A stretch of 64,000 nucleotides of DNA from Heteronotia binoei (Eukaryota). The translations under genes were made by a program, and so were the position numbers. Below are positions 35,073 to 45,910 of the stretch, piece by piece; position 1 is the first letter of the stretch, and each line of letters opens with the position of its first letter. Under the pieces are notes generated by a model that was not told where the DNA came from, did no database searches, and saw only the letters and a list, made by a program, of their open reading frames with translations. The stretch is from the NCBI RefSeq assembly GCF_032191835.1, contig NW_026799993.1, positions 186,001 through 250,000 on the forward strand, given 5' to 3'.

Positions 35073-38000
35073 GGAAGATTGGAAGCACTTACTATTAAGT
35101 TTCCTTCTTGGTGGTTCCAGAGTGGCATGGTCCCTCACAAGTGGGTATAGGCTCCTCCTCCTCAGAACAGGGTGGGTTTCTTTAATCAGTCCAGTAGGGG
35201 GAGTAGCCTATCCCCTGGGAACATCCCAGTTGCAGCCAAGCTGAATTCCCCTCAAAGTTCCTAGATGAGAAAACTCAGAACAAAGCATGCACCATGCCAA
35301 ACATAGTAACAGTATCAAAGGCTTTAATAAAAAAACTTACAACACCTTTCTATAATACCAGAATTGTAAAAACAGATCTCAGCATTTATTTGGTTAGTAT
35401 AACTCCCACTAACCAAACCCTTCAATTAACTATCTGGAAGCCCTTAAACCTGGGTGGGTTGGACCATCCCACTCCAGAACCACCGAGAAGGAAGCTTCAC
35501 GGTAAGTGCTTTCAATCTTCCGTTCCCCAGTGGTTCTAGGAGTGGGACGGTCCCTCACAAGTGAGACATACACAAGCTATATGCCCTAGGGAAGGAAAGG
35601 TTTCCCTTTTCAGAGTATATGCTGAAGCACTCTACGGCCAAAAGCCACCTCTGCTGAAGCCCATTTATCCACCTTGTAATGCCTTGTGAAAGAATTCACC
35701 AACCTCCAAGTTGCAGCTCTACAAATATTCTCCAAAGTCAGGAATGCTCTATATGTGGCTGAAGTCACCACTCCCCTTAAGGAATGAGCTGTAATTCCCC
35801 CCTCGGTGGATCCATACCCTGTGATTTGTAGGCTACCTGAATACACTCTCTCAACCATCTACTCAGCGAGGAGGTGGATACCGGCTTTCCCAGGGAAGAC
35901 TGACTAAAGGACACAAATAACATATCAGTTTTTCTATGCACTTTAGTTCTCTCCAAATATAAACTAAGAGCCCTTTTTACATTCAAGCAATGCTACTCTT
36001 TTTCCTTCACATGCTGTGGATTGGGGCAAAATGATGGAAGAACAATTTCCTGGGACATGTGAAATACAGAATTGACCTTAGGGATAAATGTGGGGTCTGG
36101 CCTCAACACTACTTTATTAGCATGAAAAACACAAAGCTCCTTGTCGACCGACAGAGCTCTCAACTCAGAAACCCTGCGCGCTGAAGTGATTCCTACTAAG
36201 AACACTGTCTTGAGAGTTAATTCTTTTGCCCCACAGATTGCCATAGGTTCAAACAGTGGCTTACACAAGGCCCATAACACCACATTTAGTTTCCATGTGG
36301 GAAACCTGTGAACTTGTGGTGGATTTAATCATGCTGTACCTCTGAGGAATCATTTAATATGTGGATGGGCATTCAGAGACCTGCCTTTTCTAACCTTCCT
36401 AACTGCTGAAATGGCTGCTACTTTTCTCCTTAATATACTAGTAGCCAACCCTTTATCCAAGCCTTCTTTCAAGAACTGCAGTATGGTTTGAACCAGGACG
36501 GTTAAAGGATCTCCACCATTTTTCAGACACCAATCCTGAAAAACCTGCCAGGTGTTATATACTCTATAAGTAGAGCCTTTCCTTGAGGCCAAAAGAGTAC
36601 CAACCACCTTAGAAGAATAACCCAGACTTTCTAACAGGTGACGTTCAACCTCCAGGCTGCTAACTGCAAATTGCCTGGTTGAGGATGAACCGTTGCCCCC
36701 TGCTTCAACATGTCCCTGGACACCAGCAGCCACCATAAAGTCTCTCTTGACAGTTTTAGCAAGTCCTATAACCACGCTCTTCTCGGCCAGAAGGGAGCAA
36801 TCAGCACTAGCCTCGCCTTTTGCTCCAGAATCTTCTGAATGACATGTGCTATCGGTTGTACAGGAGGGAAGGCATAAATTAGACCCTCCGGCCAGTTGAG
36901 AGCGTTGACCCCTTCTGCTCAGTCTTGTCTGTTTCTGGAAAAGAATCTTGGCACCTGATGATTCTTTGCTGAGGCAAACAGGTCCACTTCCAGTTTGCCA
37001 TACTTCTGTTACAGTTGCAGAAATACAGACCTGTCCAGCATCCACTCTGTTTGGTCCAAGGTTTGTCTGCTTAGCCAGTCTGCCACCACATTGTCCTTGC
37101 CTGCTACGTGGACTGCTTTCAGAGACAACAGGATCTTTTCTGCCCAAGTGAATAGAACATTGGCTTCCTGTTGTAGGGACCGAACTTTGGTTCCATCTTG
37201 CCAGTTCACATATGCCTTGGCTGTCTTTATACGAACTTGTCTGTCTTTATACGAACATGACAGCCCTCGAGGGTTGTCTGAAACTGTTGCAGTCCCAGCT
37301 GTATGGCCCAAAGCTCCAAAAAGTTGATGCTCCTGCCAGTCTCCTGCTGGGACCACAGACCCTGAGCCAGAAGCCCCTGGGAATGAGCTCCCCACCCCAT
37401 CAGGCTGGCATTGGTAGTTACTACAGATCTTGGAGGGTCTCTCAAGGATACTCCCTGACCAAACTATGAGGGTGCCAACCACCACTGGAGTTCCTGATGT
37501 AGATCCAGCGGCAGGTTCACCCACTGGAGGGTTTTGGTGGAGATGACTTGCTGGAAGGGGAGTAGGAAGTTCCGTGAAGGTCTTGTATGGAAGCGTGCCA
37601 ATGGCAGGATGTCCTGATAAAAGACCAGAACCAGTACCAGTACCATCACCTGTACTCATTCCTGAGATAGGACTTCTTGCAGCAGGGACTGCAACTTCCA
37701 CTGTCTTTCCTCTGACAGAAAAACCTTGTTCAGCTGAATGTCGATCTGAGCCCCTAAATGGACCAATCTCTGTGTTGGTAACAGGTTGCTTTCCCCTCGA
37801 TTCACTACAAAACCGTGCTCTTGTAAAGTTCTGACTGTCAAATCAGTAATCTTCATGCTCCGATGCTGAGACGAGGTTTGCACCAGAATATCATCCAGAT
37901 AAGGAAACAACGCCACTCCTTGCATCCACAGGTGCGCCATCAGCACCACCAGGATTTTCATGAAGACCTGAGGTGATGATTTTAGGCCGTACAGAAGGGC

Positions 38001-40227
38001 CTGGTATTGTTAGTGTTGTCCATTGTAGGAGAAACAAAGAAACTTCCTGTACACTTCTCGAATGGGAATGTAGAGATAAGCTTCAGAAAGGTTGATGGAG
38101 GTCAGGTAATGTTGGGCTTGTATCGCTAGCAGGATCGATTTTAGCGTCTCCATTCGGAATTTCCTGGTTCTGACAAAACGGTTGAGTCATTTTAAACCCA
38201 AGATTGCCCTAACATCCTCGTTCTTTTTTGGAACCGTGAATAGAATAGAACAAACCTCCCTTCCTCTCTCGGAGGCTTGGACCAGTTCTATGGCCCTTAT
38301 GTCCATCAAGTGTTGGATTGCCATTGTCATTATCTGATGGGATTCCGTTTCTTGGGTACTTGCTGGAATCTCAAGGAGGGTATAGATTCCAGTTCCAAGG
38401 CATAGCCATGAGTAACCATCTCCAGCACCCACTTGTCGGACACCGACTGGTTCCATTGGTTTGCGAAGAAGCGCAGGCAACCCCAATCCCCTGCGTTTCT
38501 AGCCTAGTCTCATAGTCATTGAGACCCTCCTTTTTTTGTATTACTCTTGGTGCCTTGCTCAGACTTCCTGGCATAAGCTGGAATCCCTATTCCTGGGCTG
38601 CCATTTACCCTTGAAGGGCTTAGAATTGGAGGATCTAGCCAGTTTTTTAGAGTCCCGAAAGGACTGGTAGCGTCGTCTCTGTTTGGTGTCTCTTTGCTTT
38701 GAGGGAAGTACCTTCTTTTTGTCTCTAGTCTGTCTCCAAAGAGCTTCATGCCTGTGAAGGGAACTGCTGTAACCTTGGCCTGTGCCGCCGCATCCATGTC
38801 CCAACTTCTGAGCCAGATGTTGCAACAGGCTGCAACACTGCAGGCCATGGCCTAGGCTGATAGCTGCATCACATCAATTGCCGCATCTGCTATGACTTGC
38901 TGGTAGGGGAACACCAGTTTCAGCCACTCCCAGCTTGGCAGCATTTTTCCTGACCCTGTAGGTAGGTCTGGGTCCACTTGTTCTTTGGGAGTAGAGTTAA
39001 AATATAGTGCTCTTAGAACTTTAGGTAACAGCTTGTGTAATAATCTAGGTTAGACAACCTAGACTGTATCATGGGTATCACCACCTCCTCCTCCAATAAT
39101 TCCCCCCCCCTCTTTATCAGACAGGGAATTAGAAGCCTCAGAGTCCTCATCCACATGAGAACTAGCAATGGGGGAATCCACTCCTAGGGCCAGCCTCCCT
39201 TGCTTAGGCCTGGTTGAAGAAGCTGTGGGGCTGTATGAAACCCTTCTCTTAAGTTGTGCCCTGCTATGCCTGTCTTGGGTAGAGGACTGCATCCCAGTTT
39301 CTGTAGGGTGTCCCATCTCTTTGAGGGGCTCCCCTTTCAGCCGCTGTAACAGGTTAGCCTTGGCATTCTCCTCTGAGAGGTCTGTTTTTGTCTCCTCTGA
39401 AGAAGACTGGAGTATTTGGGAAGCTGTGAGGGAAGCCCTTTTACTGCTACATGGGGAGTTCATCATGACTTTTCCCAGCTCATCCACCATTTTGGTTAGC
39501 TAATCGCTGAAAATGAAAGTAAAAGAGGGGAAGAATATATATCAGGAGCCAGTTACCAAAATGGCTCCCATTACTCCCTGGCAGTGCCCAGAAACCTTCC
39601 CTGGCTTCCTTCCTGGGCATTCTCTACTCCCTGTGTTCTGGGCCTTGATTCTGCATTAGGTGGTCTGGACACCCCCATGCCAGCCCACCCTTATCATCTC
39701 TTAGGTTTTCTGGGGCCCCAAAGCCTCGGCCAAGGCCTCACAGCGCTTATTGTCAGCCCCTCTGTCTGTTGCAGACACTCAAGTGCCTCAGTCTGTTGCA
39801 GACACTCAAGAGTGCCGAAGTAGACTGCCCTTGACTCCACCACTTCCCGCTCTCCTCTTAGGGAGTGGGGGGGAGGTCCTGCACCGAGCAGGGCCCTCTG
39901 TGGTAATCCGCTGCTCTGCCGCGTTTGTTGGGATGATTCCAACGCTGGTGGCTCTCCATTCACCGCCGACCATGGTGAACATGTTGACTTTGTTTCGGCG
40001 GTTATCTTCCTCACTGCCTCTTCCTCTCCCTCCAATGACCTGGATCATTGCGCTCCCTGAGCACCAAATACGTCCTGCTCCTTCAACAGGGTCAGCGAAC
40101 CTGGGATGTTCCCAGGGGATAGGCCACTCCCCCTGCTGGATCGATTAAAGAAACCAATGCTGTTCCAAGGAGGAGGAGCCTATACCCACTTGTGAAGGAC
40201 TGTCCCACTCCTGGAACCACTGGAGAA
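35073..40227 (-). mobile_element. Full-length, decayed DIRS1-like tyrosine-recombinase retrotransposon in BEST1 intron 4
   Basis: gag-like (39059-39490), RT (FPYLDDIL), RNase H (TNASLMGWGAH..INFLELWAI), Dam-like methyltransferase (DLFAS..YAFPP, about 36770-37010), YR (SARRVSEL; AHSLR..HY); ITRs 35073-35230 and 40101-40227; ICR about 35469-35563. Confidence 0.93.
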
Positions 40228-42879
40228 TGTGAATCCACAGTTCCACCTTCTGTGATATGCTGATCGCTGGGGTCAGTAATGCCCAAACTAGTTCACCAAA
40301 GCAGTGTTTATGTCCCTACAGACACCTCCTGGCTTACAGGAGAGAAACAGGTAGCCAAGACAGACTTGTTCCTACCCATATTTCCAATCCCACTTCTGAA
40401 ATCCTTGAACCTCCTAATTAAATTCTGGGCTATTCTCAATAAGCCAATTGCACTACATAAAAAGTTACTTACTGAATGGCTTTAACAAGCATATCTCTCC
40501 CAAAGTGTGTGCGCATTCCATACTACTAAAAATCCTCCTCAGTGCTTATAAAGATACAATCATGTGCCCTGACAACAAGTGAGATAGGCATGAAATACCT
40601 CATTCCAATGCCCTTTCTGATAGAGTGGATCTAGTGGCCATTTTGGATTCTGTTTTTGGCATCTTCCCCCCCTCCCACCCCAAGTTTGTCAAACTGGTTT
40701 TGAAAACACCAGAATCCCCCCATGATGTGTGGCCCTGTGGTAAAAAGCAGCAGCTGAAAAATTGGATTGGACAATAATCTTTGCCACACAACAACCAACC
40801 ACAGGCACTAACAATTCTGTAGTCAAATTCAATTCCATTATAAAGACAGAAATCTAAAATTAATTGAAGTTTTAAAGGCAGGTTAAAATAATTTGAGAGA
40901 TGGTTTGCTTCCAAGGGCATGCACATGTATTTTTGTTGTAATCACAAAACCTTACCACAAACAGCCCCTCCCCCCAAAAAACCAGTGAGTTCACATATGA
41001 CCTTCATTCTCTGGAGTAAACAAAAAATGCGGTCCAGGTTTAGACTATCATAGCGCAAACAACATTGCATGACACCTAAAAAGTGACATATGCTTTTGTA
41101 CCTTGGAGACCACTCTATAAGACGCATGAAGTTCCAAAACACCAACAATTTGATTGGTGTATTGTGGATGCACAAGGGCTGGACATGGCCTATTCATCAT
41201 TCATGTTCCTATTTTTTTCCTCAGATGAATAAACCACATCATCAACTAGGATTTGGGGGTTGAACTAACTCCATATGCCTTATCCATGCCTGTAAAGCCT
41301 TTTCAATATAAACAAAGTATGGTGGTTCACAAAGTAATTAGGTTTCCATGGAGATCTCTATAATTATATGTGGTACACCTCTTGGAAATAGTTAGTCATC
41401 CTACACCAAAGAGATGGGCACTTATTAATACTATTTTGCTTCATTTGAGTAATTATATTGGAAGTAACTCATTTATTAAAGATCTCTTGAAACTGTCCCA
41501 CTAAGCAAACTAACCAAGAAATTAAGTCCTTTTAAACTCAGATGAACTTACTTCTGAGTAAACATTTATAACGGCTGCAATGGTCTGCCTCTGTAAAATC
41601 CTGACCCTGATTACTGCCTGAGCCAACATACTTTTGAAAGACAATGAAACTGTTCCATCTTATTTCAACATTAATTGAAGTCTGGATTAAGACTGAGCTG
41701 GTTCGGTTCAAAGATTTGTGACACCAAAGATTTATAATACTTACATGTTTGCAATAAGCTTAAATACAAAAATGTCGGCACAAAGATTTAAGTTCAGGGC
41801 ACCCAGACTCCAGTAATACGTGGTCACTTGTCCCTCTAGCCCAGTTCTGATAACTGCTGCAGGGGTCATTTAGTAGAAAAAGATGTGCTGGAGCTCATTA
41901 GCATAACTCATTTGCATATGCCACACACACCCTGATACCACTGTAAGGTGTACTAAATTCTATCAATTCAGCTTCTTGAATTACAATTGTCATAATAAAA
42001 CCTCACTCCCATCATACTTTTTAAATTACTTTCTCCTATATAGCCAGAAGGGGCATGATGAAGATTTCCATCTGTCTGCTTGATATGTTTTGGTTATTTT
42101 CCCATTTTTTTGTGGGGGAAAATATTAGAAAGTTTGTCAAATCTTAAAGTTCAGCAAAATTCTCACAGTTATTGAAATTTAATGTAGACCATTTTTTCAC
42201 ATCACTCATGTCATTTTTCAAACAGCATTCCACCCAAACACAAAGCTGCTATTTGTTCCTACAGAGGGACACGTACAGGCATCCGTCTCTTTTGACCCTC
42301 AGATTCCATTGATGGATTCTAGGGTTTGGCCTTGGAACTTTCTGCACACCAAGCATATGCTTTATCACTGAACCTCATTAATAAAGGGGTGGTAACAGTT
42401 CTCCACAGATATGTTACTGTTTGGGGCACTGTTCTGATTGGAAATCTAGCAACTTTTGAAATAATTAGGCTTGCCATTCTCCAGGTGGGGCCTGTAGATC
42501 TGCTATAATTATAACTATTTCCAGACTAAAGAGATCGGTTTCCCTTAAGACAGTGGCTGCCTTGGAAGGTGGACTCTATGGTATTATACCCCACAAAGGT
42601 ATCCCCCCGCCACTTTCCCCAGGTTCCTCCCCAAAATCGCCAGGAATTTCCCAACACAGAGTTTGCAATCCTACAATAGACTGCAATCTTATTCTCTTAT
42701 AAAAGTTACCACAGTCAAATATAAGTAACATTTCCTCTTTAAAAAAAAAAAAAGCCAGAATATTTTAGGTTCAGTCAATGCATAGCAATGAAGTTTAAGA
42801 GTTTGAGATTGAGCCAAATTATATTCATGATATTTCAAACACAACCTTCTCTCACATGCAATGACGCATGAGCCATCAG

Positions 42880-43986
42880 AAAAACTCTTTGACATGTTGA
42901 GTGTTAATATGAGTTTTTCCCTCAGGGTGGATTTGCCATGGACTTTAAATTCTGTAGAATTTCCGAAGTATATCCCACATTTCAAGCAAATACATGGATA
43001 TGATATGAATATTTTCTTGCGGCCTAAGTAGGGTTGCCAAGTCCAATTCAAGAAATATCTGGGGGTGGAGCCAGGAGACATTGGGGGTGGAGCCAGAGCA
43101 AGATTGTTGACAAGCATAATTGAACTCCAAAGGGAGTTCTGGCCATCAGATTTAAAGGGACTGCACTCCTTTTAAACGGGGAGGGACGGTGGCTCAGTGG
43201 TAGAGCATCTGCTTGGGAAGCAGAAGGTCCCAGCCCAGGTTCAATCCCCGGCATCTCCAAAAAAGGGTCCAGGCAAATAAGTGTAAAAAACCTCAGCTTG
43301 AGACCCTGGAGAGCCACTGCCCGTCTGAGAAGACAATACTGACTTTGATGGACCAAGGGTCTGATTCAGTATAAGGCAGCTTCATATGTTCATATGTTCA
43401 ATGCCTTCCCTCCATTGGAAATAATAAAGGATAGGGGCACCTTCTTTGGGGGCTCATAGAATTTGACCCTGTGGTCCAATCTTTTTGAAACTTGGAGGGT
43501 GTTTTGAGGAGAGGCACTGAGTGCTAAGTTGAAAATTTTGTGACTCTACCTTGAAAAACAGCACCCCCCAGAGCCCCAGATACCTGTGAATCAATTCTCC
43601 ATTATAATGTATGGAAATCAGTCTCCGTTGGGAATAATGGAGTGCCCAGCAGACATTCCCCCCCACACTTTCTGATGACCCTGAAGTGGGGGGAGGGCCT
43701 CCAAACTGGGAGATCCCCTGCCCCCAACTGGGAATTGGAAACCCTAGGCCTTAAGATTACTTGACTGATAGAAAAGTTTCCCACATTCATAATACTTATA
43801 AGGTTTCTTTTCAGTGTGAATTCTCTCATGTATGAATGTGTGAATTCTCTCATGTTGGAGCAATTTGCAAAACCTTTTTGACACTGAACATCAAAAGGAT
43901 TTTTCTCCAGTATGGTTTATTTCATGGATCTTACATTTTGTAGAAGTATGGAAGCTTTCCCCACACAGTTTCACTCCAGTGTGATT
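42880..43986 (-). pseudogene. Degenerate C2H2 (Kruppel-type) zinc-finger array fragment, split by a MITE
   Basis: One frame over 43986-43755 reads HTGVKLCGESFHTSTKCKIHEINHTGEKSF*CSV...[26 protein letters not shown]; a further CLKCGIYF...H finger lies at about 42900-42990. Confidence 0.75.
43029..43746 (+). mobile_element. hAT-type MITE with nested tRNA-head/CR1-tail SINE (43178-43399)
   Basis: TIRs, TSD GGCCTAAG/GGCCTTAA; the SINE has A/B boxes and a (CATATGTT)2 tail. Confidence 0.88.
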
Positions 43987-44255
43987 TGTGTGTGTGTGTG
44001 GGATTTAAGTTTAAGGGAACCTAGAGTTGGCAAGCTATTCCTCATCCCTGCCACAGCCAGCAAAATCAGGAACCATGATGGAAAAAATAGTAAAAATTAT
44101 GTGTCTGCATAATTTATGTGAGCAATAGAATTTTAAGAACAAAAAAATGCAGAGAAAACACACTTGTTTATTTCTAGGTAATATACAAACCTCCTACAGA
44201 GGCAGCAGTGCTCTTTGATTGTGCTAGGGCCTCCTCTCCAACACTAAGTCCAGAT

Positions 44256-44464
44256 GAACATATGAAGCTGCCTTATACTGAATCAGACCCTTGGTCCATC
44301 AAAGTCAGTATTGTCTTCTCAGACTGGCAGCGGCTCTCCAGGGTCTCAAGCTGAGGTTTTTCACTCTTATTTGCCTGGACCCTTTTTTGGAGATGCCAGG
44401 GATTGAACCTGGGACCTTCTGCTTCCCAAGCAGATGCTCTACCACTGAGCCACCGTCCCTCCCC
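44256..44464 (-). mobile_element. tRNA-derived SINE with CR1-type 3' tail
   Basis: Near-identical reverse complement of 43178-43399. Confidence 0.88.
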
Positions 44465-44792
44465 GAAAATGTATGTTTCATTACAAGAAAATGTATCAAG
44501 TTAAGTGCATTTTATCCCATTCTTTTCTCAGGAACATTTTCATCATCGGGTCCCTAGAGGTCCCTAGATGTCCTCCCTGCTGCCCCCATTTTGTTTCCAA
44601 GAGTAAAATTCTCTGCTTGCTATGGCTAGGATCCCTGGGTTTACAAACCCAGGAATTTCAGGCACAGAATTAAAGTGCTATAATTTTCAGGTTCCAAAAA
44701 TTGTTCTTGAAACTAATATATTTACCTTTTTTCTGCCAAAAAAATCAATTGGGAGGACAGACTTACCTTTCTTTTCTCCACCCTATGTGTAG

Positions 44793-44947
44793 GGTTGATG
44801 ACTCCAGAAGAGCACAAGAAATATGACAGCCTGAACTCACCTCATAACAAATTCTGGATCCCCTGTGTCTGGTTCTCAAATCTGGCAGTGAAGGCTCGCA
44901 ATGATGGGCGGATCTGTGACAGCGTGCTGCTCCAAGGCATCTTGAAT
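44793..44947 (+). CDS. BEST1: BEST1 coding exon 4 (GLMTPEEHKKYDSLNSPHNKFWIPCVWFSNLAVKARNDGRICDSVLLQGILN)
   Basis: 155 nt, AG/GTAAGT boundaries; contains aperture residue V205. Confidence 0.97.
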
Positions 44948-45159
44948 GTAAGTAATGAATATGCTACACCTTTTAATGTTGATATGTGGTTTTAATTTTA
45001 ATATGTTGTTTTACTGTTGTAAGCCGCCCTGAGCCCACTTGCAGGATAGGGTGAGATATAAATCGAAAAATTAAATTAAATTAAAATCCAAGAACTGGAT
45101 CTGGTGGTAATTTAGAATGAAGCAGACTGCTGAAAAGACAAAGTGATTGATGATTTCCT

Positions 45160-45410
45160 ACTTCTAAGGGTAGAACAGATTTTGAGTCCAGTGACCAACA
45201 AAAGTTGTATGTTAATTTGCTGTTCACCTACGTAGAAGCATCTGCCTGCATTTGTGAAACATTAGCTTCCATTTCCATGTATCTGAAGAAGTGTGTGCGC
45301 ACATGAAAACTCATACCTTGAATAAACTTTTGTTGGTCTTAAAGGTTCCACTGGACTCAAAATACATTTTACTGCTTCAGACAACATGACAGCCCACCTG
45401 GATCTAGCTC
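45160..45410 (+). mobile_element. Poseidon-type Penelope pLTR fragment with minimal hammerhead-like motif
   Basis: GTAT-CTGAAGA-AGTGTGTGCGCACAT-GAAA-ACTC-ATAC at 45279-45316; related copy at 46321-46400. Confidence 0.65.
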
Positions 45411-45446
45411 TAAAGGTGGTGTTAAAGGTGTTACACTGGCTTCCAC

Positions 45447-45910
45447 TTGAGTACTGAGTCAGATTCAAGGTATTGGTTCCAGACTTTAAGACCCTGAGCG
45501 GTCTGGGACCAACATATCTGCAGGACTGTCTCCTCCATTATGTCCCTGGTAGAGCATTACACAACACTGGTAATAGCGTTGTGGTGATCCCGGGCCCTAA
45601 AGAGGTCCACTTGTCCTCAACAAGGACCAGGGCCTTCTCAGTCCTGGCTCCAACCTGATGAAACTCTTTTCCAGATGACATCCGGGCTTTGCAGGACTTT
45701 ATGCAATTCCACAGGGCCTATTAAGCAGAGATGTTCCACCAGGCTTTTGACTGAGGACAGCAATGGCTGGCACCTTCCTTTATCCCCCATCCCCTCCCCG
45801 CCCCCGAGGTTTTTCCTCCCTCCCACCACCCCCATTGGTCTGACAGTCTGCAGGAACAGCACTCTTAGCAGGATGCCATCGGGATTTTTGAATCGTTTAT
45901 TGTTTTAGTC
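45447..45910 (+). mobile_element. L2-clade LINE 3' fragment
   Basis: FKTLSGLGPTYLQDCL...TRAFSVLAPT-type C-terminus; related antisense fragments at about 49595-50085 and 54215-54830. Confidence 0.7.

Noticed and set aside
35502-35507. Strong sense-strand donor GTAAGT in the DIRS ICR as a cryptic BEST1 exon
   Set aside because: No convincing paired acceptor or frame; such motifs are common by chance.
43178-43260. tRNA gene-like sequences (also 15341, 16300, 26627, 44400, 62756)
   Set aside because: These are A/B-box heads followed by LINE-derived tails in multiple copies, so they are SINEs and not tRNA genes.
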